NCBI GenBank assembly: GCA_964016885.1
Contig: OZ024754.1
Location: forward strand, 30,070,001-30,134,000
Length of the DNA: 64,000 bases
DNA from: Eledone cirrhosa
Taxonomy: Eukaryota
Reading direction: 5' to 3'
Shown piece by piece: positions 14,822-27,950 of this stretch; the stretch's first letter is position 1, and each line of letters opens with the position of its first letter. A program made the position numbers and the translations under genes. A model generated the notes under the pieces. That model saw only the letters and a list, made by a program, of their open reading frames with translations, made no database searches and was not told the DNA's origin.

Positions 14822-14824
<3 letters not shown>
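14699..14824 (-). mobile_element. family Z 3' fragment with terminal fold-back
   Basis: Matches 17242-17340; hairpin TAGGAACCAGTAAGACCCC-ATACTTT-GGGGTCTTACTGGTTCCTA; (TA)n on both sides. Confidence 0.85.
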
Positions 14825-14886
<62 letters not shown>

Positions 14887-15522
14887 CAATAAACGTCCAT
14901 TTTTTTTGTTCAAGTTTGCACAATTGTAGATACTTCCAAGTAGCTTCATAAATGTGTTATATGTGTATATAGGTGTTAGCTTTAGGTGTGTTGTGTGTGT
15001 TAGATGTGTTAGATGTGTCACGTGTAGTGTCACGTGTGCCATACATCTGATGATATATGTATACGTAAAACACGTTAGCAATTAAAGCAGGTGATTTTCA
15101 AGAAGATATTCGCTGAAATTAGTTCTTGGCAAGAAAAAATTCACATAAAACTTGGATGGCTTATTAATAATGTTGTTAATTAAAACAGTTATTAAATGTA
15201 GAAATAGATGAGATGAGGTGTATTTGTTATTATTGTTGTTGTTGTTATTGTTATTTGTAGTAAGTTCTGTGTGACTGTGTGTGTATGTGTGTCTGTTTGT
15301 GGTGAGTATGTTCTAAGAGAAGGTACATCTGGGACACAAACAGACATGTATATATACACACATATATATATATATACACACATGCACATACACAAACATA
15401 CTTACATATATACATATACATATATATGTGTGTGTGTGGATATAGATAGATAGATACATAGATAGATATACATTTATATATTTACATACATATGTGTGTG
15501 TTTTTGGAGAGGGCAGGCTCTG

Positions 15523-15601
<79 letters not shown>

Positions 15602-15646
15602 CGTAAAATAAGAAAATTATAAAATTAACTTACTTACTAAAATATC

Positions 15647-15728
15647 ACTTCCAACTAATTAGTTTCTGGAATGGAGTAAATATATTTTCCGAAGAACATA
15701 TGGAAAAGCATTCCGTCGTCAGGAAAGT
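15647..15728 (-). ncRNA. type I hammerhead ribozyme, family Y copy 1
   Basis: ACTTTC-CTGACGA-c-GGAATG..CATTCC-a-GAAA-CTAATTAG-TT-GGAAGT. Confidence 0.8.
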
Positions 15729-16169
15729 CTATTTTCGTGTAAGTTTCCAGGCATAGCGAGGACTCTGGAAACTTATTAAAAAAATAATTCAGTGGAAAGG
15801 AAATAGCGAAGCGTGGACTGAAATCCTAGCCATTGAGAAAATCACTGCCTCTACGTCTGTGGCAAATTCAAAAAGAATCAATCACGTGACATCGAGGTCA
15901 ATCAGTGGAAAGCGAGTTGTTAATAAGACAGCGGCCTGCCTACTACTATAGCAGCAGTCATGGCCAATATTGCTCGACAAATGATTTGGAGATAATTATA
16001 AAGAATTTATATCTAGTAACATTTATATACATACAGATGCATATCAATGCTAGCAAATATATAGGTTTTGTCTTAGTAACATTGTGGTTCAATGCATGGG
16101 GTTGCAGAACCATAATATGAGAGACGTAAAATAAGAAAATTATAAAATTAACTTACTTACTAAAATATC

Positions 16170-16251
16170 ACTTCCAACAAATTAGTTTCTGGAATGGAGT
16201 AAATATATTTTCCGAAGAAGATATAGAAAAGCATTCCGTCGTCAGGAAAGT
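16170..16251 (-). ncRNA. type I hammerhead ribozyme, family Y copy 2
   Basis: Same fold, with one substitution in stem III. Confidence 0.75.
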
Positions 16252-16895
16252 CTATTTTCGTGTAAGTTTCCAGGCATAGCGAGGACTCTGGAAACTTACA
16301 TGTGTGTGTTGTATATTTATTGGTGTGAGTTATTTGTTTATGTTTTAGGTGTTATGTTATATTCCATTCTGCTTTGAAAGAGAGAATCACTGTCAACAAT
16401 TAAATGCGAGTCTTAGGCAAGTTCCAATATCCCACCCACGCCTCTTTAAGTTTTTCACTTACTCCACCAAATGAAATCGATAAAACATTACCGTATCAGT
16501 TGATACTGGCAGAAAGGACAATGCCACCATATATATATACATATATATATCAATAGTAATATTTCATTCTGAGTTCAAGTCTCGCAGAAGAGAATATTCT
16601 TCGAATTTCATATTAACTAGGATTGGCTTATATCAAGAGTTCAGAAACTGGCATCTGAGGATTCATAGATAGAGGTGGGGGTCTGTAAATATGGTGCACA
16701 CTAACTTCGATTCTACTTGACTTTTTAATAAATTTGAATGTATGTATATATATATATATATATATACATATATATACATATATATATATATATATTTGAG
16801 TATATGTTGGTTTTTTACCGACACCTGAGTAAGCAGATTGGAGCACTCGACGAAGTACGTAGAAGCCAAATTTTAAATATTTGACTTAATTATTT

Positions 16896-16944
<49 letters not shown>

Positions 16945-16948
<4 letters not shown>

Positions 16949-17337
16949 AAAAAGTATGACCCCGACGGCAGAGCTCAAGCCGTTTCGACGGCTATTTCTG
17001 GACTAACTTAGAATTTTTAGCCTGGTGAATAAATAGCCGAACTTGTCAAGGGGGTACTTCCTTATATGGGAAGATTGTAGTTGTCAAGAAGATTGGTTAA
17101 AATTTTAACCAATCTTCTTGACAACTACAATCTTCCCATATAAGGAAGTACCTCCTTGACAAGTTCGGCTATTTATTCACCAGGCTAAACATTCTAAGTT
17201 AGTCCAGAAATAGCCGTCGAAACGGCTTGAGATCTGCCGTCGTGGTCATACTTTTTCCTATTTCCCACTCTACTACCCTAAGTATTGAGTCATCGGGTGC
17301 GCTATGGTCCATCTGGTTCCTTACCACAATTCCTTTG

Positions 17338-17340
<3 letters not shown>
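16945..17340. mobile_element. longest family Z copy: about 315-bp spacerless palindrome plus an 80-bp tail, in (TA)n
   Basis: Arms 16945-17102 and 17103-17260 are nearly perfect complements. Confidence 0.9.
16959..17055 (-). ncRNA. hammerhead ribozyme with U3-A8 variant core and GUC site (family Z)
   Basis: CCCC-TTGACAA-G..CGGCTATTT/AAATAGCCG..C-GAAA-CGGC(ttgagctct)GCCG-TC-GGGG; mirror copy at 17150-17246 (+) has a damaged stem I. Confidence 0.75.
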
Positions 17341-17377
<37 letters not shown>

Positions 17378-17651
17378 TGAGATAGTAAACAAAAAACAAA
17401 AAAAAACAACGTGGAAGCGAAGAGGCAGTACAAAATGTTAATATTAGTTTCACGCTTGTATATATGTATATATATATATATATATATAAAACAGTAAAGA
17501 GAAACGAACACAGATATATAACTATATGTGTTCAAATCAGAAGGTACAGAAACCGCCAGGGTGAAGAAAATACTGACTAAAATTGTATGGTTCACAGAAC
17601 TCAATTAAAAGGATAAATCGAGATATATAAACCTGGTATGATAACTATCAA

Positions 17652-17730
17652 ATATCCAGACAGCTTACGAGTAGAACTGTTTCGCAATTCAGTAAACAGA
17701 TTAACTGGTCCGATGCTTTTCAATGGCTAC
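17652..17730 (-). ncRNA. hammerhead ribozyme with U3-A8 variant core and GUC site
   Basis: GTAGCCA-TTGAAAA-GCATCGG..CTGAATTGC-GAAA-CAGTT..AGCTG-TC-TGGATAT. Confidence 0.65.
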
Positions 17731-18023
17731 TTCACAACCAGTATACCCCCCCCCCCACTACGCACATGTGTTAATAGAGAAAGCACATAGTTATCGCCTG
17801 CCAGGCGATCGAATAGAAGAGTAAGGTTACCAGAAAAAATAGCAGCCACACCATCTGATATATTAAAAGCTCAACCAAAGCATAGGAGTTCAATTTATCC
17901 AAAATATATGTTGAGTTAAAAACTCACAATAATAATTATAATCAAATTAGCTCAAGGAAAAATAATTTCAAAGTCTAATTTGAACGCATATAGTTATATA
18001 TCTGTGTTCGTCTCTCTTTACTG

Positions 18024-18096
<73 letters not shown>

Positions 18097-18125
18097 GTAT
18101 ATATATATAGCACCCCTTATTTTTC

Positions 18126-18186
<61 letters not shown>

Positions 18187-18215
18187 GTATATATATATAG
18201 CACCCCTTATTTTTC

Positions 18216-18290
<75 letters not shown>

Positions 18291-18488
18291 GTATATATAT
18301 ATATAGCACCCCTTATTTTTCAATTATGACTGATAGCACCCCTTATTTTTCAATTATTTTTCAATGTTTATTTTTCAATGTTTATTCCTCAATATTTTTT
18401 ATATTTTTTATCTTTTATTATTTTTTATTCTTTATTTCTTCAATGTCTTGGATTTGTTATTGCTTGTGTGATATGTAATCAACCTTTA

Positions 18489-18534
18489 TGCTCTGATGAG
18501 TCCCACTTATAGTGCGGATGAAACAATGTTAGCA
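18489..18534 (+). ncRNA. minimal type I hammerhead ribozyme
   Basis: TGCT-CTGATGA-GTCCCACT/AGTGCGGAT-GAAA-CAATG-TT-AGCA, about 40 nt upstream of (TA)n. Confidence 0.8.
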
Positions 18535-18574
18535 AGTAAATATATGCATATGCCATAGGCGTTCTTTGTTATTG

Positions 18575-18884
<310 letters not shown>

Positions 18885-19884
18885 TGTGTGTGTGGTAGAA
18901 CACTGGAAGGTAATATCCGTAGTGGTAGAGCACTCAGTCCATGGGACGAGTTAGGTAGAAGTGGTTACACAACAGTTAGTTCACCATATCGAGAACAATT
19001 GTTTCACCTTAGTGGATTCTCAGCTCGTAATGGACATGGTTATACGGAACACTAAAGATATATATAACTATATATATATATATATATATGCATATACATT
19101 AAACGAGAGGACACTTTATATAATACTGCAGCGTAGTGGAGATATGATGGAACATGAATGAGGTTTAGAAACTAAACACATGACATAGGAAGGACCAAGA
19201 GATATAATAATTGCTTTATTACGTAAATATTTCGTCTGACTGATCTGACAGCAAACACATTAGGTTGATTGGAGAGGTTAACCTCTATCATTGGGATGTA
19301 ATTGCTTTATCATGGAAATATAGTCAGGGACTGTTGAAGTCACACTACAAAACCACCATAGTACACATATGTGTGTGTGTGTGTGTACATGTGTGTATGT
19401 GTGTATGTGTGTATGTGTGTGTGTATGTGTGCATATATATGTATATATATAAACACACACATACACACATATATATATCTATGTTTATATCCATATATAT
19501 CTATATATATATATATTATTATATATATATACATATATATACAGACAAACACACTCTCACACAGGCACATATATACATATATATATACATGTATATATAT
19601 ATACAGATATATTTATATCTGTGCCGGTGTGAGAGTGTATATCTATGTATATATGTATATATATATATATATTATTATATATATATACATATATATACAT
19701 ATGTATATTCATATATATATAAGTATGTTTTGAATCAGCGAGCGAGTTTGAAATTAGAAATTACAAGCTTTTGCGGTATTTCTTGACTAAGCAAATTTAG
19801 CCTGATAGTGGGTCTAGAACCCTCTAAGAAATGGAACGAGATGAGTATTGACGTATATATATATATTGACGTGTATATATATAT

Positions 19885-19985
<101 letters not shown>

Positions 19986-19999
19986 TTAATATAGATGAG

Positions 20000-20046
20000 A
20001 TTCTACAGGACTAGAACTGTTTCATTCTTTAGAAATCATCAGGAAT
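20000..20046 (-). ncRNA. type I hammerhead ribozyme in a ~70-bp island within (TA)n
   Basis: ATTC-CTGATGA-tTTCtaaaGAAt-GAAA-CAG(ttctagtc)CTG-TA-GAAT. Confidence 0.75.
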
Positions 20047-20050
20047 AACG

Positions 20051-20089
<39 letters not shown>

Positions 20090-20223
20090 TACATAGATAT
20101 ACACCCTCACACAGGCACAGATATAAATATATCTGTATATATATATATACATGTATATATATATGTATATATGTGCCTGTGTGAGAGTGTGTTTGTCTGT
20201 ATATATATGTATATATATAAATG

Positions 20224-20256
<33 letters not shown>

Positions 20257-20293
20257 GTGTGTGTATATATATATATAATATATATATATACAC

Positions 20294-20325
<32 letters not shown>

Positions 20326-20342
20326 GTATATATATATGTATG

Positions 20343-20532
<190 letters not shown>

Positions 20533-20692
20533 TACATAGATATACACTCTCAAACAGGCACAGATATAAATATATATGTATATATATATACATGTATATA
20601 TATATATGTATATATGTGCCTGTGTGAGAGTGTGTTTGTCTGTATATATATGTATATATATAAATGTATATATATATATGTATATATATATA

Positions 20693-20731
<39 letters not shown>

Positions 20732-20750
20732 AAATATATATGTATAAATA

Positions 20751-20838
<88 letters not shown>

Positions 20839-20961
20839 TAATACATCTACCAACATATGCGTACAGATGTACACTAATACTAGTAAATATATAAGTTATG
20901 TCAAAGTAAATTTTAGTAAGTAAGTTAATTTTTAATTTTTAAAATGTTCTTATTTTACGTC

Positions 20962-21022
<61 letters not shown>

Positions 21023-21153
21023 TACATAGATATACACTCTCACACAGGCACAGATATAAATATATATATGTATATATATACATGTATATATATATATGTA
21101 TATATGTGCCTGTGTGAGAGTGTGTTTGTCTGTATATATATGTATATATATAA

Positions 21154-21189
<36 letters not shown>

Positions 21190-21193
21190 ATAT

Positions 21194-21345
<152 letters not shown>

Positions 21346-21382
21346 TAATATAAGATCAAAAGATGGTTAAAGGAGTTCCATG

Positions 21383-21453
21383 TATTTTATTATGCGCATT
21401 TCAAAAACAAACATCATCATGCAATAATATTTGTGTTTTCATCAGATAAAACA
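21383..21453 (-). ncRNA. minimal type I hammerhead ribozyme
   Basis: Reverse complement of 21572-21642. Confidence 0.75.
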
Positions 21454-21571
21454 GGAGAACATGATATGAAGGCTAAAAAACACTTGTGGATAGTGCAGTT
21501 TTAAATCAACATATGTTGATTTAAAACTACACTATCCACAAGTGTTTTTTAGCCTTCATATCATGTTCTCC

Positions 21572-21642
21572 TGTTTTATCTGATGAAAACACAAATATTA
21601 TTGCATGATGATTTTTGTTTTTGAAATGCGCATAATAAAATA
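21572..21642 (+). ncRNA. minimal type I hammerhead ribozyme
   Basis: TGTTTTAT-CTGATGA-AAACACAAA..TTTTGTTTTT-GAAA-TGCGCA-TA-ATAAAATA; palindromic stem III. Confidence 0.75.
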
Positions 21643-21826
21643 CATGGAACTCCTTTAACCATTTTTTGATCTTATATTATGTATACTTCAGTCCTACAAA
21701 CTGTAGAGTGCTTCTTATCCGATATCTGCATTGCTTTATTGTACTACAATAAAACTCACCTCCTACATATATACATATATACATAGATATACACTCTCAC
21801 ACAGGCACAGATATAAATATATCTGT

Positions 21827-21858
<32 letters not shown>

Positions 21859-21975
21859 ATATATATGTATATATGTGCCTGTGTGAGAGTGTGTTTGTCT
21901 GTATATATATATGTATATATATAAATGTATATATATATATGTATATATATATATATGTGTGTATATATATATATA

Positions 21976-22108
<133 letters not shown>

Positions 22109-22256
22109 GATATACACTCTCACACAGGCACAGATATAAATATGTATGTATATATATATACATGTATATATATATATGTATATATATATATGTATATATG
22201 TGCCTGTGTGAGAGTGTGTTTGTCTGTATATATATGTATATATATAAATGTATATA

Positions 22257-22349
<93 letters not shown>

Positions 22350-22809
22350 ATTATATATATATATCATATGCTGGTGGCCAGTGCAACTGTTAGTTGATAT
22401 CCACCAGCAGTATTTATATCCTTTCTTGTACACAGAGCAGTGATTACAATATTGTGTAAGAATTATCAAGTATAATGGAATTCCAAGACTGTTGATACAC
22501 GAAACATTTTTCTATTTTTTCTAAATTCCTATGTTTCACTGTATTTTGCTTTTATATCTCTCATCTGGTTTTAGTTAAATACATGAATATTTATTAATGG
22601 TGAAATCTACGTTTACATCAATATTGAATATTTGATATATGATGAAATGACTAAAGATCAAACAACATAACGTTGCACTAACACTCCATTAAAGTGATTT
22701 CATCAAAGAGCATTACACCAGAGCTGATGAGTTATTTATACTATTTTACACCCACACACACACACACACACACCCACACCCACATACACACATACATATA
22801 TATATATAC

Positions 22810-22840
<31 letters not shown>

Positions 22841-22859
22841 CACACATATATATATATAT

Positions 22860-22896
<37 letters not shown>

Positions 22897-22905
22897 CATA
22901 TAAGT

Positions 22906-22960
<55 letters not shown>

Positions 22961-23312
22961 TGTCACCAATTAAGCGGTATATACGCTAAATTTGGTGCGA
23001 TTTAACACCATCATTTTATCTATTTAGTATTTTATTTTGAACCGTATTAACGAGATTGGCGCTTTTTTGTTTTTATAAAATCTCCTAATTAGATATAATA
23101 ATCACTCATTTTTCCTATATTAATACTAATAAATGCTTAATCTCTTACAGAAATTCACATCGCTGTCCAACCCAAATGGGGAAGGCCCTAGAAATTGTAA
23201 GTTAAACATCGGAAATCTCTTCAAACTTGGTTGGGTAACCGCACATAGTGGGTTACCCTAAATGCTTAAATGCGGTTGAAATGACAATAAATGTCTCAAT
23301 CTCCCTTCTGTT

Positions 23313-23500
23313 TTGACAATCGGCATTTGGAATATGGCACCTCAGAATCTAAAAGAGAATGGGAACCGACGTGAAAGAAGAACGGCTTCTGTGATCCAAA
23401 AACTAGTTGGATTGAACATCGCCCTTGCTGATGTGAGTGAGAGAAGACTTCCAGAAGAATTTGATCAGGCTAGACCATCTTTTGGAAAGGAAAGAAAGTG
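23313..23500 (+). pseudogene. decayed RTE-clade LINE apurinic endonuclease N-terminus
   Basis: LTIGIWNM...RRERRTASVIQKL..LNIALADVSERRL resembles RTE LTIGTWNV..PERRTALV.REL..YNIDIAALSETRL. Confidence 0.7.
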
Positions 23501-24269
23501 GTGAGGGTGATTACGTTGATGATGATGATGATGATGATGATGAGGGTAGTGATGTTGGTGGTGAAGGTGATGGTGGTGATGATGACGTTGATGATGGCTG
23601 TAATACAAATGAAATTTGTAACTGTTATGCAAAAGTTCCGTTTTGCTTCCACCTTTTGGACATATGCGGTAGTTTTTAGAATATGATTAAACTTATGAAA
23701 TTGTGATTGGCATCAATTTTCTTTGAAATTCGTTGCCCTTTTTAAGTAATAACAGTTATGGATTAAGAAAATCTTATAACTTAAACTTCTGATTTAATGA
23801 ACGATATAAAGATTAAATCGCAATAGAAACAGCAACACGAAATATAAGGAGGTTGATAAAAATAAGAATAATAGAATGGAATGGAATCCAGAAATAGAAT
23901 ATAGAGAATATATATAAACAATATTTATATTAAAACCTTTGTTTGTTATTTTTAAGCTATGCATGATTGAAATCACAAAGATTATTGCAACTGAAGTTGT
24001 AGGGACACATCTATAATGAAGGCCTGGTGATATAAAAAGATTTGCAGTTGGTTGGAAATATAATCTTATTGCAAATAATCTCCTTATTGCAAAATGGTAA
24101 AAGGCTTCGTGAAAGGCATTGAGGTGAAATTTCAGACTACAAATATATGCAATTTATAATAATAAAGCTGTGGGGAATAAACGTTAACGAATTGAATAGA
24201 ACAATTGCTAGATAAGGCATTAATATAAAAAGTAGGGAGTAACATACATACACACACATATATATATGC

Positions 24270-24308
<39 letters not shown>

Positions 24309-24415
24309 TGTGTGTACATATATATACATATATATGTGTGTGTGTGTATATAAAGTAGCTAGCCAAAATCGCTAAACTCGTGGTCGATCCTTTACTTTCA
24401 TGAATATATATGTGC

Positions 24416-24472
<57 letters not shown>

Positions 24473-24573
24473 GGGACATATTATATATATATAATATATA
24501 TATATAATATGTCCCAAGGCTCTAAAACCATCAACACCATAAACACAGAGCTGGTATATCTAAGAACTGACTA

Positions 24574-24629
24574 ACTGCCTGATGAGGTCATAGCCATTCA
24601 ATGGCTATCATCGAAATATATATAGCAGT
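24574..24629 (+). ncRNA. minimal type I hammerhead ribozyme
   Basis: ACTGC-CTGATGA-GGT.TAGCCAT/ATGGCTA.ATC-GAAA-TATATA-TA-GCAGT; island bounded by (TA)n with a small inverted stub at its 5' end. Confidence 0.85.
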
Positions 24630-24670
24630 AAATAAAGGATTATGAGTTCATGCGATTGACTTATGTTTCG

Positions 24671-24718
<48 letters not shown>

Positions 24719-25020
24719 ACGTCACTGGTGCCAAGCTGTATCGGACATTGTCTTTCCCTTGGACAATATCGGTGATGTGGGGAACGGATGCTGTTACGGG
24801 TGGGTGACTGCTAGTCTTCCACAAATAAACCATGCCCAGTCTTGTGCTTCGGGGGGAAACTTTCTAGGTGTAAAACCATGATCATTAGTGACCGATGGTG
24901 ACCTTCAAAATCTCTTTATAAACCCACCAAATTGCAAATTTATTTTCTATATCAGTGTTTGGTGACCGTTGCGCCACACAGAGGTGTGGGTTGAACTCGG
25001 GATGGTATTCTTCTTCTTAG

Positions 25021-25061
25021 CCACTCAACCAGGATTGTGTCCATTTTCCAATGCAAATGGG
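25021..25061 (+). other. candidate micro-exon
   Basis: ttcttcttcttag|41 nt|gtaagt, with strong acceptor and donor. Confidence 0.5.
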
Positions 25062-26178
25062 GTAAGTCAGAGTGTTCTCTCCGTTTGCAACAACAATGGA
25101 ACACAAGATGGTTTCACATTTACCGAAGGTTCGTTTATTAATGGAAATATGATATAATGTTCGGCTGGTTTATATTCTGTCAGGATCTCCACTACAGCTT
25201 AATATTAAAGTTAATAAAATGTATACAAGCCGAAGTCTATTGAATTGCAATATCAATAACCTATCACTCTAGCGTGCTTTCGATTTTTTTTTTTTCGTAT
25301 ACAACATTATTGAATTCGGATGTTCTTCACTACTCAAGCTTAAGACATTTAATTTCCCTGTTACTGTATTTCTTAAAAAAGAATCTCATTTTTTAATCTC
25401 AACGTTAGCTACCGAAGCAGACGCAAGTCGATTGTAATATTATTTCCATAACATACATAACATTGAACTAACTCATTAACATTAATTTTGTTAATGGAAA
25501 AACTGTGCTGTCAAATCGTGAAACCACAGTAAAACTGTAATATATAACCAGCTTCCATTTCCTCCTCCAAAACATCGAAATAAAATGTTTTCTATTCCAT
25601 ATAAGTTGAATACAACCGCCCCCCTCACAGCCACGCAATACTCTCAGCCCCCCACAACCAGAGAGGGACCCCTCTGGACAATTTACATGTAGGCCTACAT
25701 GTAAATTGTAAATTATATATAATAAATAAAATCGTTAATTTATATATAATAAATAATACAATATATACTATGTATTAATAAATATTATATATTTTTTATT
25801 TTACTATATTTATATATATGTAACATTTGATATTTAATATGCTATTATATCATCTCTACCGCCCTCGCCCACCGTCTTTATAGGCCCCAGCAGCCGCTGG
25901 GTCTTATCAATGCCCCCGGGGGTGGTAGCGTCCACTATGAGTACTTCTGCTCTTGCAGCTTCTTTCTTGAAGAAAATGACTTCTCTTGGAAACTTTCATA
26001 AATTTTTTCCCTTTTTCTATAAACGTAACTAAATTAGCTTTACTGTTGAAATGACTTGAAATGACTTTACTGTTGAAATGACTTTACTGTTGAAATGACT
26101 TGAATGTTTTGCACATTTAACTGTTTCAACCCATGAACTGTGGTTATGCTGAACTAGGATTTTGTTTCCTCATTCCAG

Positions 26179-26230
26179 AAAGATGCAAAAAAGACTAAAT
26201 GATTCTGACGGGACCAGAAAACTAAACAAA
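26179..26230 (+). other. candidate micro-exon
   Basis: tttgtttcctcattccag|52 nt|gtgagt. Confidence 0.45.
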
Positions 26231-26949
26231 GTGAGTTAAAGCTAAATTCTGTAAAAGTATTTTAGTTAGATAATAGGGACCTGTTATAATCTTTATATTC
26301 ACCATTAACAATTGACACAAGGCCACAGATAAAATAAAATACCAGTACTTGAAATGGTATTTGATTTTATAAGCATAGAAGGATGAAAAGTCGACAGCAG
26401 CGAAATTTGAACTCAGATCGTAAAGTAAGTAATTTTACTTGGTGTTTTAACGATTCGGCCAATTTACTGCTCCTTGATATGTTAGCTTTAACAGGCTACA
26501 GTAAGTAATTCCTAAAACGAATCATGACACAATGTGACATGGCTAGAACTTTGAGTTATAGATATATATCCAATTTCACTCACAAAGCTAGAGTCATGCG
26601 AGGGGTTTACGGTAAATACCACTTACCCAACGTGCTACGATTGCTGGGATTGAACTCTGAACCTCATGATTGCGAATCAAACCCCGTTTACGATTGAACC
26701 ATAATTGAGTCCACAGTTACATCATTACAGAAAACACCCCTTTTTTCAAATTTTAGCCTAAAATTTATTTTAAAATAATCAAGGTGATATTATTGGCTAC
26801 AGCCAATAATATCATCTTGATTATTTTCATTCAGAGTTTCCCTGAGAAAAGGGACTGTTCCAAACGTCTTGAATACTTCAATATTTCATCACTAAATATT
26901 ATTTCGTTTCACTGATGAAATCGCTAATTCAGTCGAAAGTATAATACTA

Positions 26950-27136
26950 TAATTGTTTCTACTTTTGGCACAAGGCCAGCAATTATTCCAGTGCATTACT
27001 GGTACTTTATTTTATCGACCCCGTAAGGATGAAAGGCAAAGTTAACCTCGGCGAGATTTGAACTCAGATCATAAAGGGCCGTAACTCTATGTTGCAACGC
27101 ATGGTGTCCGACCCTCTACCGATACTGCCAATCCAC
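26950..27136 (-). mobile_element. young SINE A flanked by an ACTATAAT direct repeat
   Basis: Close match to other full copies. Confidence 0.85.
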
Positions 27137-27649
27137 TATAATGAAATGTAGTGTGTGTAATTGAAATTCTTCTGTCTAGTTTATTGAAAGCAATATTATC
27201 TATGTCAAGTGATTGATTTATAAACAAATTAATATTATCTGAAGCCTAAACATGAATAAAACATCTTACAGAGAAAGTCCTAATTAACTGAATATGTAAA
27301 TAATACTTGTCTAGTGGCTGAATATAAATTCAAGTGAGTCTTGGCAACGATGATCTGTTACATTTTGACAAATTTCTTCTTGGAAAACTCAACGCTGCTT
27401 TAATAGAATTTTCCTGACTCATTTGATATATGCGCTCCACTGAACTTATTAATTATCTCTTGCCGCTTCCAAAGACAATCAGCCAAGTAGAATCCATCAA
27501 AGTCTAAATATAAGCTTCGGATTATTTCATTACAACATCAACGAAACTAATGAAGCGCTTTAAAGTATACAGACTCCTTTACAATCTAATGTCAACGATG
27601 TGAAATGAACCGCCCATCCTTCAGTTAGTATGCTGATACTTAAATCTCG

Positions 27650-27950
27650 TGCATGTGGGTAGCTTAATGGTTAGGATGTTAGCTCGCTATCGTGATTTCG
27701 ATTTCCGATGGTGCATTGTGCCCTTAAGCAAGACACTTTATTTTACATTGCTTCAGATCACGTCGCTGGAGTAAATATGTTTTACCTGTAATTCAAAGGC
27801 CCATCTTTGCCACACACTTTGTCACACTGCATCTAAGTTAAGGGGACCCGTTTCTGTGGAATTCTCAAATACCTGCACGTTAATTTTACAAAATGGCTAT
27901 TTCATTGGTTGAACAAGTGGAATACTCGGTGGTGAAACTGACGACGGCAC
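27650..27950 (+). mobile_element. old SINE family B copy
   Basis: GTGCCCTTAAGCAAGACACTTTATTTTACATTGC; tail similar to 62815-62990. Confidence 0.55.

Larger units (their letters stand above)
15593..16298 (-). mobile_element. non-autonomous PLE/retrozyme-like element with 183-bp direct terminal repeats (family Y)
   Basis: 15593-15775 matches 16116-16298 (period 523 bp); each repeat carries an HHR; 3' end abuts (TA)n. Confidence 0.8.
21347..21680. mobile_element. about 335-bp spacerless fold-back with an HHR in each arm
   Basis: Centre ATCAACAT|ATGTTGAT near 21512; the arms differ at only a few positions. Confidence 0.9.

Noticed and set aside
15040-15080. CTGATGA..AAAACACGTT; similar partial motifs at 3600, 8462, 19230, 45978 and 57750
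   Set aside because: Core or stem I is broken in each; possibly decayed HHRs but not supportable individually
24969-25157. WAP-domain-like PGLCP motif
   Set aside because: No downstream exon with the remaining WAP cysteines was found
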